A DNA stretch of 64,000 nt. Origin: Lactobacillus johnsonii. GTDB taxonomy: Bacteria > Bacillota > Bacilli > Lactobacillales > Lactobacillaceae. Location of the stretch: positions 41,084-105,083 of the forward strand of contig CATLCE010000003.1 in assembly GCA_949888035.1 (NCBI GenBank), in the 5' to 3' direction. The translations under genes were made by a program, and so were the position numbers. Within the stretch, counting starts at the first letter, position 1. Every line of letters starts with the position of its first letter. Positions 9,715 through 19,379 of the stretch are shown here, piece after piece. The notes beneath the pieces are model-generated. The model searched no databases and was not told the origin of the DNA. It saw nothing but the letters and a program-made list of their open reading frames with translations.

Positions 9715-9824
9715 TTAGCCATAATTTTAGCCATAAATAATGGCTAAGCTTTGATACTACAGTGTTTTGTTAATTATAGCAAAAATTTTTTAGCCATAAT
9801 TTTAGCTATAACTTAGCCATGATT
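9715..9824. repeat. Cluster of TTAGCCATAATT-type 11-12 bp repeats
   Basis: Direct copies at 9715, 9727, 9790, 9802 and 9813; inverted copy ATGGCTAA at 9740-9747. Confidence 0.8.
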
Positions 9825-9914
9825 TTGTATTCATACTTTAAAAAGAACTTTTTCACGTATGATTGATTTAAACAAAACGTACAGAAAGAAGAATGTCTTC
9901 ATGGATATACAGTA

Positions 9915-10235
9915 ACTATTACAGTGCTGAATGAGTATCAAACATTACTAAACAAGCAACTCTTGAAATTGAAGTTTATCATAAATGAAACTTAAGCGAT
10001 AAGTTTTTCTGTGTTTGTCTTGATGCGACGTATCTTCCGTTACACAGACAAACCTTTGAGCATGAAGCAGTTTATATTGTTATCGGTATTAAGTCTAACG
10101 GTCAGAAAGAAATTATTGATTATTGCATAGCCTCAAATGAAAATATTAAGGTTTGGAAAAAATGCTTCAAAGCATGAAAAATCAAGGCTTAAAACAAGCT
10201 GAACTGTTTCTTTCAATGGTGTTGTGGACATAAAA
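9915..10235 (+). pseudogene. IS256-family transposase fragment
   Basis: Translates to VSNITKQ..LSDKFFCVCLDATYLPLHRQTFEHEAVYIVIGIKSNGQKEIIDY with stops and frameshifts. Confidence 0.8.
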
Positions 10236-10453
10236 ATAGGTATCTAGGCATTAAACTTACAATGATCTCTGTTTTTGGCCAAATCTATAAAAATTTTGAT
10301 TAGATTGGAAGCCGCAGAGTCTCACTTCGATTGAAAGATAAATTACTCCAAAGAGAAAGATCTGTTTACAGATAAGATTTTACAGTTTCATTATTTTGGA
10401 AGATGAATAATGTCAACATACTATGTAAGTAGTGAATTTGTGAAGAAAGTCTC

Positions 10454-10954
10454 CGTATCGCTTGGGTATTTGGTGTTACTTGGGTATTTGGTGTTAATGG
10501 TTCTAACTTCATTAAGACCATGCTTAAGGTGGGCAAGAGTCATGATGAAGTTAAAGTTGTTGACGACCAGATTGGTACTCCAACTTATACTTTTGACTTG
10601 GCACGTTTGCTCGTTGACATGATTGAAACTGATAAGTACGGTTACTACCATGCAACCAATGCTGAATTGCCAGAATCTGAAGGTGACCATAATGTTGATG
10701 GTACTAAGACTGGCTACATTTCTTGGTATGATTTTACTAAAGAAATTTACCGTCAAGCTGGCTATGATACTAAGGTCACCCCAGTAACAACTGAGGAATA
10801 TGGCTTGTCCAAGGCTGTGCGTCCATTTAACTTACGTCTTGACAAGAGCAAGCTTGTTGAGAATGGCTTCAAGCCACTTCCAACTTGGCCTGATGCCATT
10901 AAACGTTACTTAGAAATCTTGAAAAAAGATGGTTTCTTTGACGAATTAAATTAA
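10454..10954 (+). pseudogene. rmlD: Truncated second copy of rmlD (3' half only)
   Basis: 144-aa ORF nearly identical to the C-terminus of 3545-4528; lacks the NAD(P)-binding N-terminus. Confidence 0.92.
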
Positions 10955-10985
10955 TAATTACACTCAATCTACCCTATTGAGAATA

Positions 10986-11022
10986 AAACAGGACACGTTA
11001 TTGTAGCGTGGCCTGTTTTTTG
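10986..11022 (+). terminator. Third copy of the rmlD-type terminator
   Basis: AAACAGGACACG...CGTGGCCTGTTTTTT. Confidence 0.8.
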
Positions 11023-11348
11023 ATAGGATCTAAATGGAATCAGATACCTATAATAAAATGAATACAAAAAAAGGTTTGAATTACTTTGAAGATCTCGATA
11101 TAGGAGATAAATAGTGAATATTAAAGGAAAGTATAGGACGTAATTTAAAGGAAAATAATATTGGATATTAGTATTCTTAGAGTGCCTTAGTAGCATGTCA
11201 TTAATGGCTAAATTGGAAGAAATGAAACGCTATTATTTGAATTTTGTATAAGTTAAAAAGAAAAAATGCTTTATATCGTCCCATCATATGCTATTATAAG
11301 TATCAAAGATGCTGATAAAAGTATCGACCAGAGAGGAGTATAGGGGAA

Positions 11349-11732
11349 ATGATAGACTTAAGTAGGTTTCAAACATTTACTTTCACAACTGGGGAACAGA
11401 CTATGACCGTAACTAAATATGGCGTACGTTTTTCTAAAGCTACACTAATTCAATTGGGAAGACCAGAATATGTAAGAGTAATGATTAATTATGAGGACAA
11501 ACAGTTAGTAATACAGAGTACAAGTCCCCGAGATCCTAATAAAACTAGTTTTTTAAAGCCAAGCAAGAAAAAAATGGAAGTGCAATGGAATAATTCTCTT
11601 TTAAAAGGAAATTTAAAAGAGTTAATGGGTTGGGATCTGAATAATGTGAGTTATAAAGTAAGAGGAAAGTTCATCCCTGATCAAAATTTAATGCTTTTTG
11701 ATTTAAAAAAAGCAAGAGTTGAGAAAAAATAA
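11349..11732 (+). CDS. Hypothetical basic protein
   Basis: 127-aa ORF with GAGGAG/AGGGG RBS. Confidence 0.75.
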   Translation: MIDLSRFQTFTFTTGEQTMTVTKYGVRFSKATLIQLGRPEYVRVMINYEDKQLVIQSTSPRDPNKTSFLKPSKKKMEVQWNNSLLKGNLKELMGWDLNNVSYKVRGKFIPDQNLMLFDLKKARVEKK

Positions 11733-11826
11733 TTTAACTACAAATATACAAGGATGAAGTTTCTATCATACTACCAATAGGATTGTGGATATTAATGGTA
11801 GGGATTTAAATATTTAGTGGAGAGAT

Positions 11827-12735
11827 ATGGATAATAATCGTAAGCTTTCATTTGATGAACAAGTTGAATGGCTGGAGGATCACAATGTAAATATCAAGGA
11901 TGTTGATAGATGTAAGTATTATCTTAAACAAAAAAATTATTTTTATAAACTCATTGGATATGTAAAAAGATTTAATGGTGATGATAAAAAAATAATTGAT
12001 AGTTTTGAAAAATTAATAGATATATCTACCTTAGATATGGAGCTGAGGTATTGTCTTTTACCATTATGTTTGGATATTGAACATTGGATTAAAACTTATA
12101 TTTTGAGAATAGTTACTAATGATCCAAATGAAGATGGTTATAATATTGTAAATCAAGTTATAAATTCGGATACTAATCCCGAAGATTTTAAAAGAAAACT
12201 ATTTTCGAGTGTAAGTTATTATGATATGAATCAAGAATTTGTGATTCAGCCTGAATATGATGGGTTTTATCATAATCCACCTATTTGGATAATATTGGAA
12301 ATTTCAAGTATAGGAAAACTTAGGTCCTTTATTAAGTATATGAGTAAACAAAGACCGGGAAATAAAGATTTGTTTCAAATAAATAATTCTATTAAATATA
12401 TTAATAAATTACGTAATTCTTGTGCCCATAACCGAGAAATATTAACAGAAGATATTTATTCAAATTATAATTCAAGGATTCCTCATAATATATATACTAG
12501 CTTAAGAAATGATAATTTTAGTAAGGCACAACTATATAAATCATTATTTTTGAAAATTACGTTAACTTTAAAACTGCATAAACGTTTGTGTAGTAATGAA
12601 ACTCATTTACATAGAATTATGGAACTACAAGAATGGATCAAACGAACTCAGCGTTTTCAAGAATTTTATCGCACTGATGATATATTTACTATATTTTTTA
12701 GTGATGTAAAAAATATAGTAAATACTTATAAATAA
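11827..12735 (+). CDS. Abi_2 (AbiD/AbiF) family abortive-infection protein, HEPN RNase
   Basis: LSFDEQV..L, YFYKL..Y, LDMELR..CLDIEHWIKT and PPIWIILE motifs; HEPN RxxxxH motif RNSCAH. Confidence 0.88.
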   Translation: MDNNRKLSFDEQVEWLEDHNVNIKDVDRCKYYLKQKNYFYKLIGYVKRFNGDDKKIIDSFEKLIDISTLDMELRYCLLPLCLDIEHWIKTYILRIVTNDPNEDGYNIVNQVINSDTNPEDFKRKLFSSVSYYDMNQEFVIQPEYDGFYHNPPIWIILEISSIGKLRSFIKYMSKQRPGNKDLFQINNSIKYINKLRNSCAHNREILTEDIYSNYNSRIPHNIYTSLRNDNFSKAQLYKSLFLKITLTLKLHKRLCSNETHLHRIMELQEWIKRTQRFQEFYRTDDIFTIFFSDVKNIVNTYK

Positions 12736-12777
12736 ATATACTTGATTTATTGAACTTAAAGTTGTTATAATTCTTAT

Positions 12778-12862
12778 AGAAACTATGGCATATTGCCGCA
12801 TCAATCTTTTATGAAAGATTGTTGTATATAAAAAGAGGAGAGTAACATCTCCTCTTTTTTGC
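12778..12862 (+). ncRNA. Candidate AbiF-associated antitoxin small RNA
   Basis: Promoter TTGATT (12742) and TGnTATAAT (12763-12771) just after the abi stop; hairpins GGCA-TAT-TGCC and CAATCTTT-TATG-AAAGATTG; terminator AAAAAGAGGAGA..TCTCCTCTTTTTT; no ORF. Confidence 0.6.
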
Positions 12863-12902
12863 ATATATAGAAGATAGATTATTTTATTGATTATTCACCT
12901 AA

Positions 12903-13523
12903 TCACTTCAATACTTGTTGATCATTATTAATCAACTTCCTAACATACAATTCCAAAATTGCATTTCCAATATCGCTGCGGGGAATTTCTTTGATTTGTG
13001 TAATGTTGGGATTATCCCAGCTGGCCAAAGGAGTACCATCCACAATTAAACGGTTAAGAATATTGATGTTGTCGATGCAGGCGTTATGGATGCTGGTGCG
13101 GCGATTATCTAAGTTAGAGAAGAGTTGTTGATAATCTGCAGTGTTTTTTTCGGTTTGCCAAGTAGCTTTTTTCTCATTGAATCTGAGAACTATTTGACCG
13201 TATTGTTTGAAATTGTCCAAGGCATCTGTAACGATGGCGGTTATGTCGGGATCTGAATTATCCAAATAGGGCGTAAGCGCTGAGAGATTTAAGGTGACGG
13301 TCGTTCGCATTTTTGGGCGAAGAGCTTTTTTAATTTCGATTTGTGCGTCTTGATTGTAGGTAGCTACAATAGTTTTTAAATCATAGCTTCTATCTTGTAA
13401 TAGGCCGGCCTCTTTTAGTAGTTGACCTACTTTTAGAATGTCGTCTTTAGGAGTAGTGCTCTTAGCAAGATCAAACATTAATTGATCTGCTCGTTCTAGA
13501 TTTTCAATATCTTTACTAGTCAT
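12903..13523 (-). CDS. Hypothetical protein (DUF3232-like)
   Basis: LDNRRTSIHNACIDNINILNRL motif; AAAGGA RBS. Confidence 0.65.
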   Translation of the reverse strand: MTSKDIENLERADQLMFDLAKSTTPKDDILKVGQLLKEAGLLQDRSYDLKTIVATYNQDAQIEIKKALRPKMRTTVTLNLSALTPYLDNSDPDITAIVTDALDNFKQYGQIVLRFNEKKATWQTEKNTADYQQLFSNLDNRRTSIHNACIDNINILNRLIVDGTPLASWDNPNITQIKEIPRSDIGNAILELYVRKLINNDQQVLK

Positions 13524-13648
13524 GGTTTATCCTTTCTTTTATCTAATTTATTATATGAAATTTTGAGAACCTAAGATACTTTTCTGCACAAATATAAGGT
13601 AAAATTATTTTTTGTGAATGAAATAAAAAGTTTAGGAGAGTATTTTAG

Positions 13649-14575
13649 ATGAAAAATAAGAATTTCCTAGGAATACTAGGCGTATTATTTAGCGTTATGA
13701 TGTTATTGACGGCTTGCGGTGAAGATGAGTCAAGCACCAAAGCTGTGACACACCATACTCAAAATATTTACAATGTAAAAATATCCAAGGTTAAAAGTGA
13801 TGATGGAGACTTTGTGGTAAGTGGGACAACTAAGGCTCCAGATGGAAGCAAGATTTTAGCCCAAGGAGAAACCGATAAAGATCAAAATAAGGCTGCGGCT
13901 GACGATGATGCAGACTATTGTAAAGTCAAAGATCATAAGTTTACTGCCAGATTGACTGCTAATGATTTAACCGAAAAAGATATTAAGCAAGATTTAAAGA
14001 TTAAGGTGAAGATCTGTGCGGTTAAAAAATATGATGTTGATTTTGATGAGTATAAGATCACTAAAAAGGTTAGAACCGCTTTAAAGAGTAAAGTTAAGAC
14101 GACAGTTTTAACAGTTGATGATAAAATAGCTACCTATTATAAAAAAGACGATAGCGCATCAGATGACAGTGACTCAAATGATTCCTCAGATGAAGATGGC
14201 GATTCAGATTCGGATGAGGATGATTTAAGTGATGAAGATACAAATGACGATTCGGATTCTGAAGATGATGTTGATGATTCTGACGTGGATGATACGGATG
14301 ACGAGATTGACGATAGCGATCTAGACACTGATGATGAAGAGGAAGATGAACCAGAAGACGATGCAGACGAAGACAGTAGTGATGAGTCTGCTGATACCAA
14401 CTCGGATTCTGACAAAGTGTACACCGGTGATTCTTCACAAATTATTGGGGATGCTAGAACTAAAAAGTATCACATGCCAGGACAAGCTGGTTACTATATT
14501 GATAAGAAGAATGTAGTGATCTTTAACTCTGAAAAAGAAGCTCAAGCCCAAGGTTATATTAAATCTAAGAGGTAG
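13649..14575 (+). CDS. Lipoprotein with a long Asp/Glu/Ser tract and a small C-terminal IIG..YH.PG..F.SE.EA..GY domain
   Basis: Lipobox LTAC; acidic low-complexity tract; C-terminal motif shared with ORFs 21762 and 22101. Confidence 0.85.
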   Translation: MKNKNFLGILGVLFSVMMLLTACGEDESSTKAVTHHTQNIYNVKISKVKSDDGDFVVSGTTKAPDGSKILAQGETDKDQNKAAADDDADYCKVKDHKFTARLTANDLTEKDIKQDLKIKVKICAVKKYDVDFDEYKITKKVRTALKSKVKTTVLTVDDKIATYYKKDDSASDDSDSNDSSDEDGDSDSDEDDLSDEDTNDDSDSEDDVDDSDVDDTDDEIDDSDLDTDDEEEDEPEDDADEDSSDESADTNSDSDKVYTGDSSQIIGDARTKKYHMPGQAGYYIDKKNVVIFNSEKEAQAQGYIKSKR

Positions 14576-14678
14576 TATACATACTATTTTTAGCCTTTAC
14601 ATATTGAAAAAGCACCTTCTCATTTTTAGCTTTTCTGCTACAATGAAAGGGAAATTATTTAAAAATGGGAGAAAAAAT

Positions 14679-15560
14679 ATGAAGGTTAGAAAAGCTGTTA
14701 TTCCTGCAGCGGGTCTTGGAACCAGATTTTTACCTACAACCAAGGCGATGCCAAAGGAAATGTTACCAATTGTGGACAAGCCAACCATTCAATTTATTGT
14801 TGAAGAGGCTAAGAAGTCAGGAATCGAAGACATTTTGATCGTCACTGGTAAGAATAAACGTGCTATTGAAAATCATTTTGATTCAAATCCTGAATTGGAA
14901 CAAGATTTGAAGGATACGGGTAAAGTTGAATTACTTAAGTTGACTGAAGAAATTACCGACTTAGGTGTAAACTTGTACTACACTCGTCAACCACATCCAG
15001 CTGGTTTGGGGGATGCGATTTTCCGTGCGCGTAGTTTCGTTGGGGATGAGCCATTCGTCGTTATGCTTGGCGATGATTTGATGCGTGACAAGGTACCCCT
15101 AACTAAGCAGCTTATTGATGATTACAATCAAACTCATACGCCAACTTTAGCCGTTATGAAGGTGCCACATGAGGAAGTTTCTAAATATGGTGTGATTGCC
15201 CCTGAAGGTAAGATCAACGATAATCTTTACAACGTTAAGTCATTTGTGGAAAAGCCACCAGTTGCTAAAGCTCCAAGTGATTTGGCAGTTATTGGTCGTT
15301 ACTTGCTTACTCCAGAAATTTTTGATATTTTGGCAACACAAAAACCAGGTCGTGGTGGCGAAATTCAATTGACTGATGCCATCGACACAATGAACAAGAC
15401 CCAACGCGTTTTTGCTCATGTATTTAACGGTCAACGTTTTGATGTTGGTAACAAGGAAGGCTACCTTGAAACTTCCATTCAATACGGCTTGCGTCACCCT
15501 GAAACTAAGGATGCCTTGAAGAAATACATCATTGACCTAAGTAAGAAATTACAAAAATAA
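14679..15560 (+). CDS. galU: UTP-glucose-1-phosphate uridylyltransferase
   Basis: [28 protein letters not shown] and [10 protein letters not shown] motifs. Confidence 0.97.
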   Translation: MKVRKAVIPAAGLGTRFLPTTKAMPKEMLPIVDKPTIQFIVEEAKKSGIEDILIVTGKNKRAIENHFDSNPELEQDLKDTGKVELLKLTEEITDLGVNLYYTRQPHPAGLGDAIFRARSFVGDEPFVVMLGDDLMRDKVPLTKQLIDDYNQTHTPTLAVMKVPHEEVSKYGVIAPEGKINDNLYNVKSFVEKPPVAKAPSDLAVIGRYLLTPEIFDILATQKPGRGGEIQLTDAIDTMNKTQRVFAHVFNGQRFDVGNKEGYLETSIQYGLRHPETKDALKKYIIDLSKKLQK

Positions 15561-15566
15561 TTCAAT

Positions 15567-15596
15567 AAAATCAGCACTTGAGGTGCTGATTTTTTA
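15567..15596 (+). terminator. Terminator after galU
   Basis: AAAATCAGCAC-TTGAG-GTGCTGATTTTTT. Confidence 0.88.
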
Positions 15597-15882
15597 TTAT
15601 CCAAATCTCTTGCTTTTTACCTGGACAGTAGTAATATAGATAGTGCAACTTTTGATTATCTATCATTTTATTAATAGTAAAGATTGTTAGAAAGCAGAGT
15701 TAAAAATATGCAATATAGTTCTAGTAAGCTGTAATTTAATTTGAATATATTAAGTTAATACTAGATCGGGATTATGTATTTTTAACCCTGTTTTTTGTTT
15801 TGCTTAAGGGTGGTGATATTGGCTAAGAAATCGTCGTTTGTCCTAGTTAGAATTAGTCTGCAAAAGCTAGAAAGAGGCTTGA

Positions 15883-17367
15883 ATGAATACAATCGGATTT
15901 ACCAATTATGCACAACCTGTAAAAAGTGAAACTCCTTGGCAAGAAAATTACAGCCAAGACACCACGATTTTTGGAAAAAACGTGTTTCTTCCTATTAATT
16001 ATCATTCTGCACAAAATGATAATACATTAGTCATTGGGACGAGTGGTACAGGGAAGACATATTCTTTTGTTGAGCCGAATGTGCTGCAGGGGAATGCTAA
16101 TTATGTAATTGCTGATGCCAAGGGCGATATCTTAGCTGATGTGGGTGCAAGCCTTAAGAAAATGGGCTATCAAATTCAAGTTCTAAACTTAGTGGACTTG
16201 AAGCATTCCATGACTTACAATCCAATTTTAAATATGAAATCTAATCTAGATGTGATTAATTTTGCTCATCAAGTAATGATTAGTGACGTGAGTGGCAATC
16301 AAACAACAGACTCGCGTCAAGATCCATTTTGGAATAATGCAGCTATGACTGTGCTAGAAGCGTTGATCTTTTTCACACAAGAATTTCTACCAGAAAGTGA
16401 GCAGACAATGAGTACGGTAGTGCGCTTGTTTGGAATGCTTGAAGACAATCCAAAGAATATTGAGCAGGTTTTGGTATCACTGGGTGATTCGGATTATAAT
16501 TATGAATACGAATATGATGACGATCTGACTTTTGGTGATTGTTTATTCAATTGGGCTGTGCAAGAAAAGCCAGATTCAGAAGCAGCAAAAATGTGGCAGC
16601 AAATCGCAGGTTTGCACAGTAGTGATCGGACCTGGGGGAGTGTTTTAGGAATTTTGGGTGCGGCCTTGAGTCCTTATCGAGTAAAAGAAGTTGATCGACT
16701 CCTAAGCAGTAATCAAGTTGATTTTAGTCAGCTTTTAAAACCAAAAACGGCTTTCTTCATTTTATATGATGATTCTGATCCATCCAAAAACTTCATTTCT
16801 AATACGCTGTATTCACAACTTTTTAACTTTTTGTATCATGCTGCTTTCAAGCTTGAAGGTAAAACTTTGCCAGTTAAGGTGCGCTTTTTCTTAGATGATT
16901 TCAAAAACATCTTGATTCCTCACTTTGATGATTACTTGGCAACGGCGAGAAGTCGGAACATTTCAATTTGCATGATGCTTCAAGACGAATCGCAGTTGAA
17001 GGCAAAGTTTGGCAATAATACTCCCAGCGTCATTGGAAATTGCAGTGCCTATCTTTTGACGGGAACGACAGATTTGGCAATGGCGCAAACGGCGTCCAGT
17101 CGATTTGAACGGAGTGCGAAAATGATCCGTTTGATGAATGAAGATCATTTTTTGCTTGATGTTGGGGGTTATATTGTCGAACCAGTCCGTTATGATTTTC
17201 ATACTCATCCGCATTTTATCGATAAAAGATTTAACATTAATAATCAGTTCAATACTGCTAATGATGATGGAGAGGGCGGTTGCAAATGGCCAGAGTTGGC
17301 TGATATTTTGAAATCGTTGCCTGGAATTGAAATGAACGATGTTGAGTTAATTGACAGTTTGTTCTAA
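15883..17367 (+). CDS. VirD4/TraG-like coupling-protein ATPase, soluble and orphan
   Basis: Walker A GTSGTGKT, IADAKG, YNPI, DPFW, FFLDDF (Walker B) and ARSRNISICMMLQDESQL motifs. Confidence 0.85.
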   Translation: MNTIGFTNYAQPVKSETPWQENYSQDTTIFGKNVFLPINYHSAQNDNTLVIGTSGTGKTYSFVEPNVLQGNANYVIADAKGDILADVGASLKKMGYQIQVLNLVDLKHSMTYNPILNMKSNLDVINFAHQVMISDVSGNQTTDSRQDPFWNNAAMTVLEALIFFTQEFLPESEQTMSTVVRLFGMLEDNPKNIEQVLVSLGDSDYNYEYEYDDDLTFGDCLFNWAVQEKPDSEAAKMWQQIAGLHSSDRTWGSVLGILGAALSPYRVKEVDRLLSSNQVDFSQLLKPKTAFFILYDDSDPSKNFISNTLYSQLFNFLYHAAFKLEGKTLPVKVRFFLDDFKNILIPHFDDYLATARSRNISICMMLQDESQLKAKFGNNTPSVIGNCSAYLLTGTTDLAMAQTASSRFERSAKMIRLMNEDHFLLDVGGYIVEPVRYDFHTHPHFIDKRFNINNQFNTANDDGEGGCKWPELADILKSLPGIEMNDVELIDSLF

Positions 17368-17375
17368 AAAAATAA

Positions 17376-17402
17376 AGGAGCCTGTGAAAGGCTCCTTTTT
17401 TG
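17376..17402 (+). terminator. Terminator after the virD4-like gene
   Basis: AAGGAGCC-TGTGAAA-GGCTCCTTTTTT. Confidence 0.8.
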
Positions 17403-17457
17403 ATAGAGAAGATTGTATAATTACTACTATAAGGATTTTCACATATAGGGCATAACG

Positions 17458-18504
17458 ATGAAGAAAAAACTACCACTTATTTTAATTCTGATCTACATCT
17501 TTTTTTGTGGTTACCTGTTTGTTTCAACTCATTTTTTAAAAAATATTACTGGAGCCACTCCTCAAGATCAGATTTCTTTAAAACAAAAGAAGCAAATCAA
17601 AAAAATGCTGAATAGCTTTGGTTTTAAGGGAAATGCAACTTTTTATAAAGATGGTAAGCGAATTTGGAATTACACCACTGAAGGGAATATTAATTCGGCT
17701 TACTTGATTAATTCAGTTCAAAAAGCATACACTGGTGCAATGGTTATGCAAGCGGTTAATGAGGGAAAACTGAGCTTAGATGATAAAGTAGCGAAGTTTT
17801 ATCCAAACGTACCTAATGCTGGCAATATTAGTATTTTAAATTTGCTTGAAATGACTAGTGGCTTGTCGGAGCAGGGACCATTTGGCAATAATCCCTTCAA
17901 AAATGATGATGATAATGCTCAAAAGACGATTCAAGATATGCATTTTGACGATCAAAGTTTTAATAAATGGAACTATCAAGATGTAAATTATGTCCTACTA
18001 AGTCATATTTTAGAAAAAGCGACAGGTCGCAGTTATGAAGACCTCTTTAATGAGATGTATGTGTATAAGCTCGGGCTCAAGCACACGGATTTTCTTTGGG
18101 CTGATGCACAAAAGATTAAAGAAATTGAGCTAATTCCTAGCAGTACTCAAGTTGATATGAATGAGATTCATGGCTTGCTGGGTGCTGGAAGTGTTGCAAT
18201 GTCTAATGATGATATGTTTCTTTCAATGTCGGCACTTTTAAGTGGGAAAATATTGCCAATGCAAAGCATTCAGACAATTTATGGCCTGGGAAATAATCAG
18301 GCACAATATCGTGGCGGTTTATATACAAAGGATGGATATTATCAGGCAAATGGAGCCGGATATAATTATTCAAGTTTTATTCGAATCTCTAAAGATGGCA
18401 AGAATGCGGTGATTTTGCAAACGAATGTCAATCAGTATCAGGGATGTAACGATAATGCAACGGCAATCTACAATATGCTGTTTAATGAGAAGAAGGAGAA
18501 CTAG
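17458..18504 (+). CDS. Serine hydrolase, beta-lactamase/AmpC-like family
   Basis: SxxK motif (SVQK), LSLDD, LLEMTSG and YQDVNY; N-terminal TM. Confidence 0.85.
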   Translation: MKKKLPLILILIYIFFCGYLFVSTHFLKNITGATPQDQISLKQKKQIKKMLNSFGFKGNATFYKDGKRIWNYTTEGNINSAYLINSVQKAYTGAMVMQAVNEGKLSLDDKVAKFYPNVPNAGNISILNLLEMTSGLSEQGPFGNNPFKNDDDNAQKTIQDMHFDDQSFNKWNYQDVNYVLLSHILEKATGRSYEDLFNEMYVYKLGLKHTDFLWADAQKIKEIELIPSSTQVDMNEIHGLLGAGSVAMSNDDMFLSMSALLSGKILPMQSIQTIYGLGNNQAQYRGGLYTKDGYYQANGAGYNYSSFIRISKDGKNAVILQTNVNQYQGCNDNATAIYNMLFNEKKEN

Positions 18505-18641
18505 ATGGATTTGTGAATCAGATAAACATAACAGAGAGATTAATATTTGTTCATAAAAATAAAAAACTACTATACTCGTGGTTAAAAATGTGCGATTATG
18601 GTAGCTAGCAACTTACTGATATTTAGGAAGACTGTTTAGAG

Positions 18642-19379
18642 ATGAGAGAACGTAGAGAAAATAGGCGGAGAAGCTTTAGTCTCATTTGGCTAGGGTTATT
18701 AGTGATTGTCATCTTTTGTGGCTTGTTTTTCCCCGAAATTCCTAACATTAATACATATATCAATTCAAATAACGAACATCATTTACTGATTACAAAGGTC
18801 AAGATTGCAGGAGATGCTCCAATTAAGTATCGACATAATCATCCTGAAGGGGTGGTAATCAGTCAAACGATTAAAAAAACTGACACCGTTCATGCCTATG
18901 TAAGTAAAGACGGTGTTATTCAAATGCATTTACCAAGCAAAAGTGCTACTGATTCTCATAGTAAAATCAATACCCGTTATATTCAAGTGGGAGTAGGAGA
19001 AGAAGATAATGCTCCAGATTTTGCTAAAAGTATGGATAATGCAGCAATTTATACGGCTAATTTGATGCATAAATATCACCTAAAGCCTGATGCAACTAGC
19101 TATAACAATCGTACTTTGTATTCTTTAAATGATTTAGTTCATAGTAAAAATAGTACTAATTTAGACGATTATTTTGGTCGATTTGGGTATAGTAGTGTGC
19201 AATTTTATAATTTGGTGAGTCAATACTACTATAATAAGGCAATTACCGCACCATTTGGATTGCCAATCTTTGAACGGATAATTATGGTGCTGAAGATTTT
19301 CGGAATAATTGGCGGAATTGTGCTAATTATAATCAGTATTTTTTTACCAAGTACCTTTTGGAAAAGATGGTGGCAATAG
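18642..19379 (+). CDS. Membrane protein with a degenerate amidase_2-like domain
   Basis: HPEGVV, VHAYV, NTRYIQV and FAKSMDNAAIYTA segments resemble autolysin amidases; TM helices at both ends. Confidence 0.6.
   Translation: MRERRENRRRSFSLIWLGLLVIVIFCGLFFPEIPNINTYINSNNEHHLLITKVKIAGDAPIKYRHNHPEGVVISQTIKKTDTVHAYVSKDGVIQMHLPSKSATDSHSKINTRYIQVGVGEEDNAPDFAKSMDNAAIYTANLMHKYHLKPDATSYNNRTLYSLNDLVHSKNSTNLDDYFGRFGYSSVQFYNLVSQYYYNKAITAPFGLPIFERIIMVLKIFGIIGGIVLIIISIFLPSTFWKRWWQ

Noticed and set aside
9715-9824. Possible CRISPR array
   Set aside because: Repeats are only 11-12 bp with no regular spacers, and there are no cas genes
10410-10756. Short ORFs 10410-10622 (+) and 10421-10756 (-)
   Set aside because: Alternative frames of the rmlD relic and its 18-bp duplication
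14130-14516. Ser-rich and His-rich ORFs overlapping the acidic lipoprotein
   Set aside because: Shadow frames of the GAT/GAC-rich low-complexity tract
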